A stretch of DNA of 64,000 nt from a virus (taxonomy: Duplodnaviria > Caudoviricetes): the IMG/VR virus record IMGVR_UViG_3300029288_000071, positions 32,001 to 96,000 of that record; one strand, written 5' to 3'. The translations under genes were made by a program, and so were the position numbers. Every line of letters starts with the position of its first letter. Position 1 is the first letter of the stretch. Below are positions 63,278 through 64,000 of this stretch, piece after piece. The notes below the pieces were generated by a model that was not told the origin of the DNA, made no database searches, and was given only the letters and a program-made list of their open reading frames with translations.

Positions 63278-64000
63278 TTAAATCTCTTTTTTCTTATATT
63301 GAATTTTGCCAGTTTTTGACTTAATCCAATCTTCCAATTTTTTCACAAAATCTTCTGCGGTAGCTCTATCTGGCAAATTCAAATAATACACTTCACCCGT
63401 TCGACTATCATAAACATCAAATATTTCACTCTTCTGATCAATTACAAGTTTTGCGTGCTGTAAATCACGAAAAGGTACAGCGGGTGGTGCCCACGTTACT
63501 TTAGCTTCTTGAATAATTTGCTTGAATGATTTCATTTCTGTCAATTCTACATTTTTAATTCTATATCCTTGTTTTTTATAAAAATTAATTGCTAAATCTT
63601 TAGCTTTATCAGAACTAGAAGCTAGAACATTTATTTTTTTCATTATTGGTTCATTTCGTTTAGTTACCATTGTAGCATTTGAGTCTGTTACAGTTACAAT
63701 GAAATTAAATTTCTGTTTAAATTGACTGTCTTCTTTCAATTTTTTATTTTTTTGTTTTGACATCGGAGCATTGAATCCTGCAACTCCAGCTATTGTTGAC
63801 ATTTCTTCAATATCATCAGAATATTTTACACTTGTAATTTCAGGAAAATTAGATTTGTTTTGATGATATTTTATAGCTCTTTTAACAACTCTAATATCAA
63901 GATTGTATCTTTCTCCTTTTTTATTTTTAATAGTGACATTATTATTATTTATATCAATTATTTCCCATTGGTTATGTTGATAGTCAAATGTTATACCTGG
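63278..64000 (-). CDS. probable internal head polyprotein (5' end outside window)
   Basis: Frame is open to the window edge; internal MKSFKQIIQE. Confidence 0.5.
   Translation of the reverse strand, partial: PGITFDYQHNQWEIIDINNNNVTIKNKKGERYNLDIRVVKRAIKYHQNKSNFPEITSVKYSDDIEEMSTIAGVAGFNAPMSKQKNKKLKEDSQFKQKFNFIVTVTDSNATMVTKRNEPIMKKINVLASSSDKAKDLAINFYKKQGYRIKNVELTEMKSFKQIIQEAKVTWAPPAVPFRDLQHAKLVIDQKSEIFDVYDSRTGEVYYLNLPDRATAEDFVKKLEDWIKSKTGKIQYKKKEI

Overview
A very AT-rich segment of a large (jumbo/huge) tailed dsDNA phage genome, transcribed almost entirely on the minus strand. 1-25 kb: early/middle accessory genes behind a repeated TTTACT-N17-TAGATT promoter, including a MoxR-like AAA ATPase with a VWA-metallopeptidase, a radical SAM enzyme beside proteins sharing an MKxRxGF(V/I)SNSS(S/T)(S/T)SF leader, RmlC, LigA, RtcB, and a PRPP-synthetase/NAMPT pair whose NAMPT is broken. 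25.5-48.3 kb: an RNA-gene island with about 36 canonical tRNAs covering all 20 amino acids, several non-canonical tRNA-like genes, an RNase P RNA, a tmRNA and at least two repeated unnamed structured RNA families, interleaved with small ORFs, many ending in a shared LMxK(M/I)GY motif. 48.5-64 kb: topoisomerase IB, ribosomal protein bS21, probable virion proteins, a holin, and probable internal head proteins with T4-like capsid-targeting/xE cleavage motifs. Best candidates for new biology: the radical SAM plus SNSSS-leader set, the LMxKxGY C-terminal tag family, Y-RNA-like repeats beside a TerD-like helical protein, tRNAs with the anticodon arm ahead of the D-loop, and tRNA-punctuated leaderless ORFs. 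All calls were made by eye without database searches; RNA boundaries may be off by a few nt.
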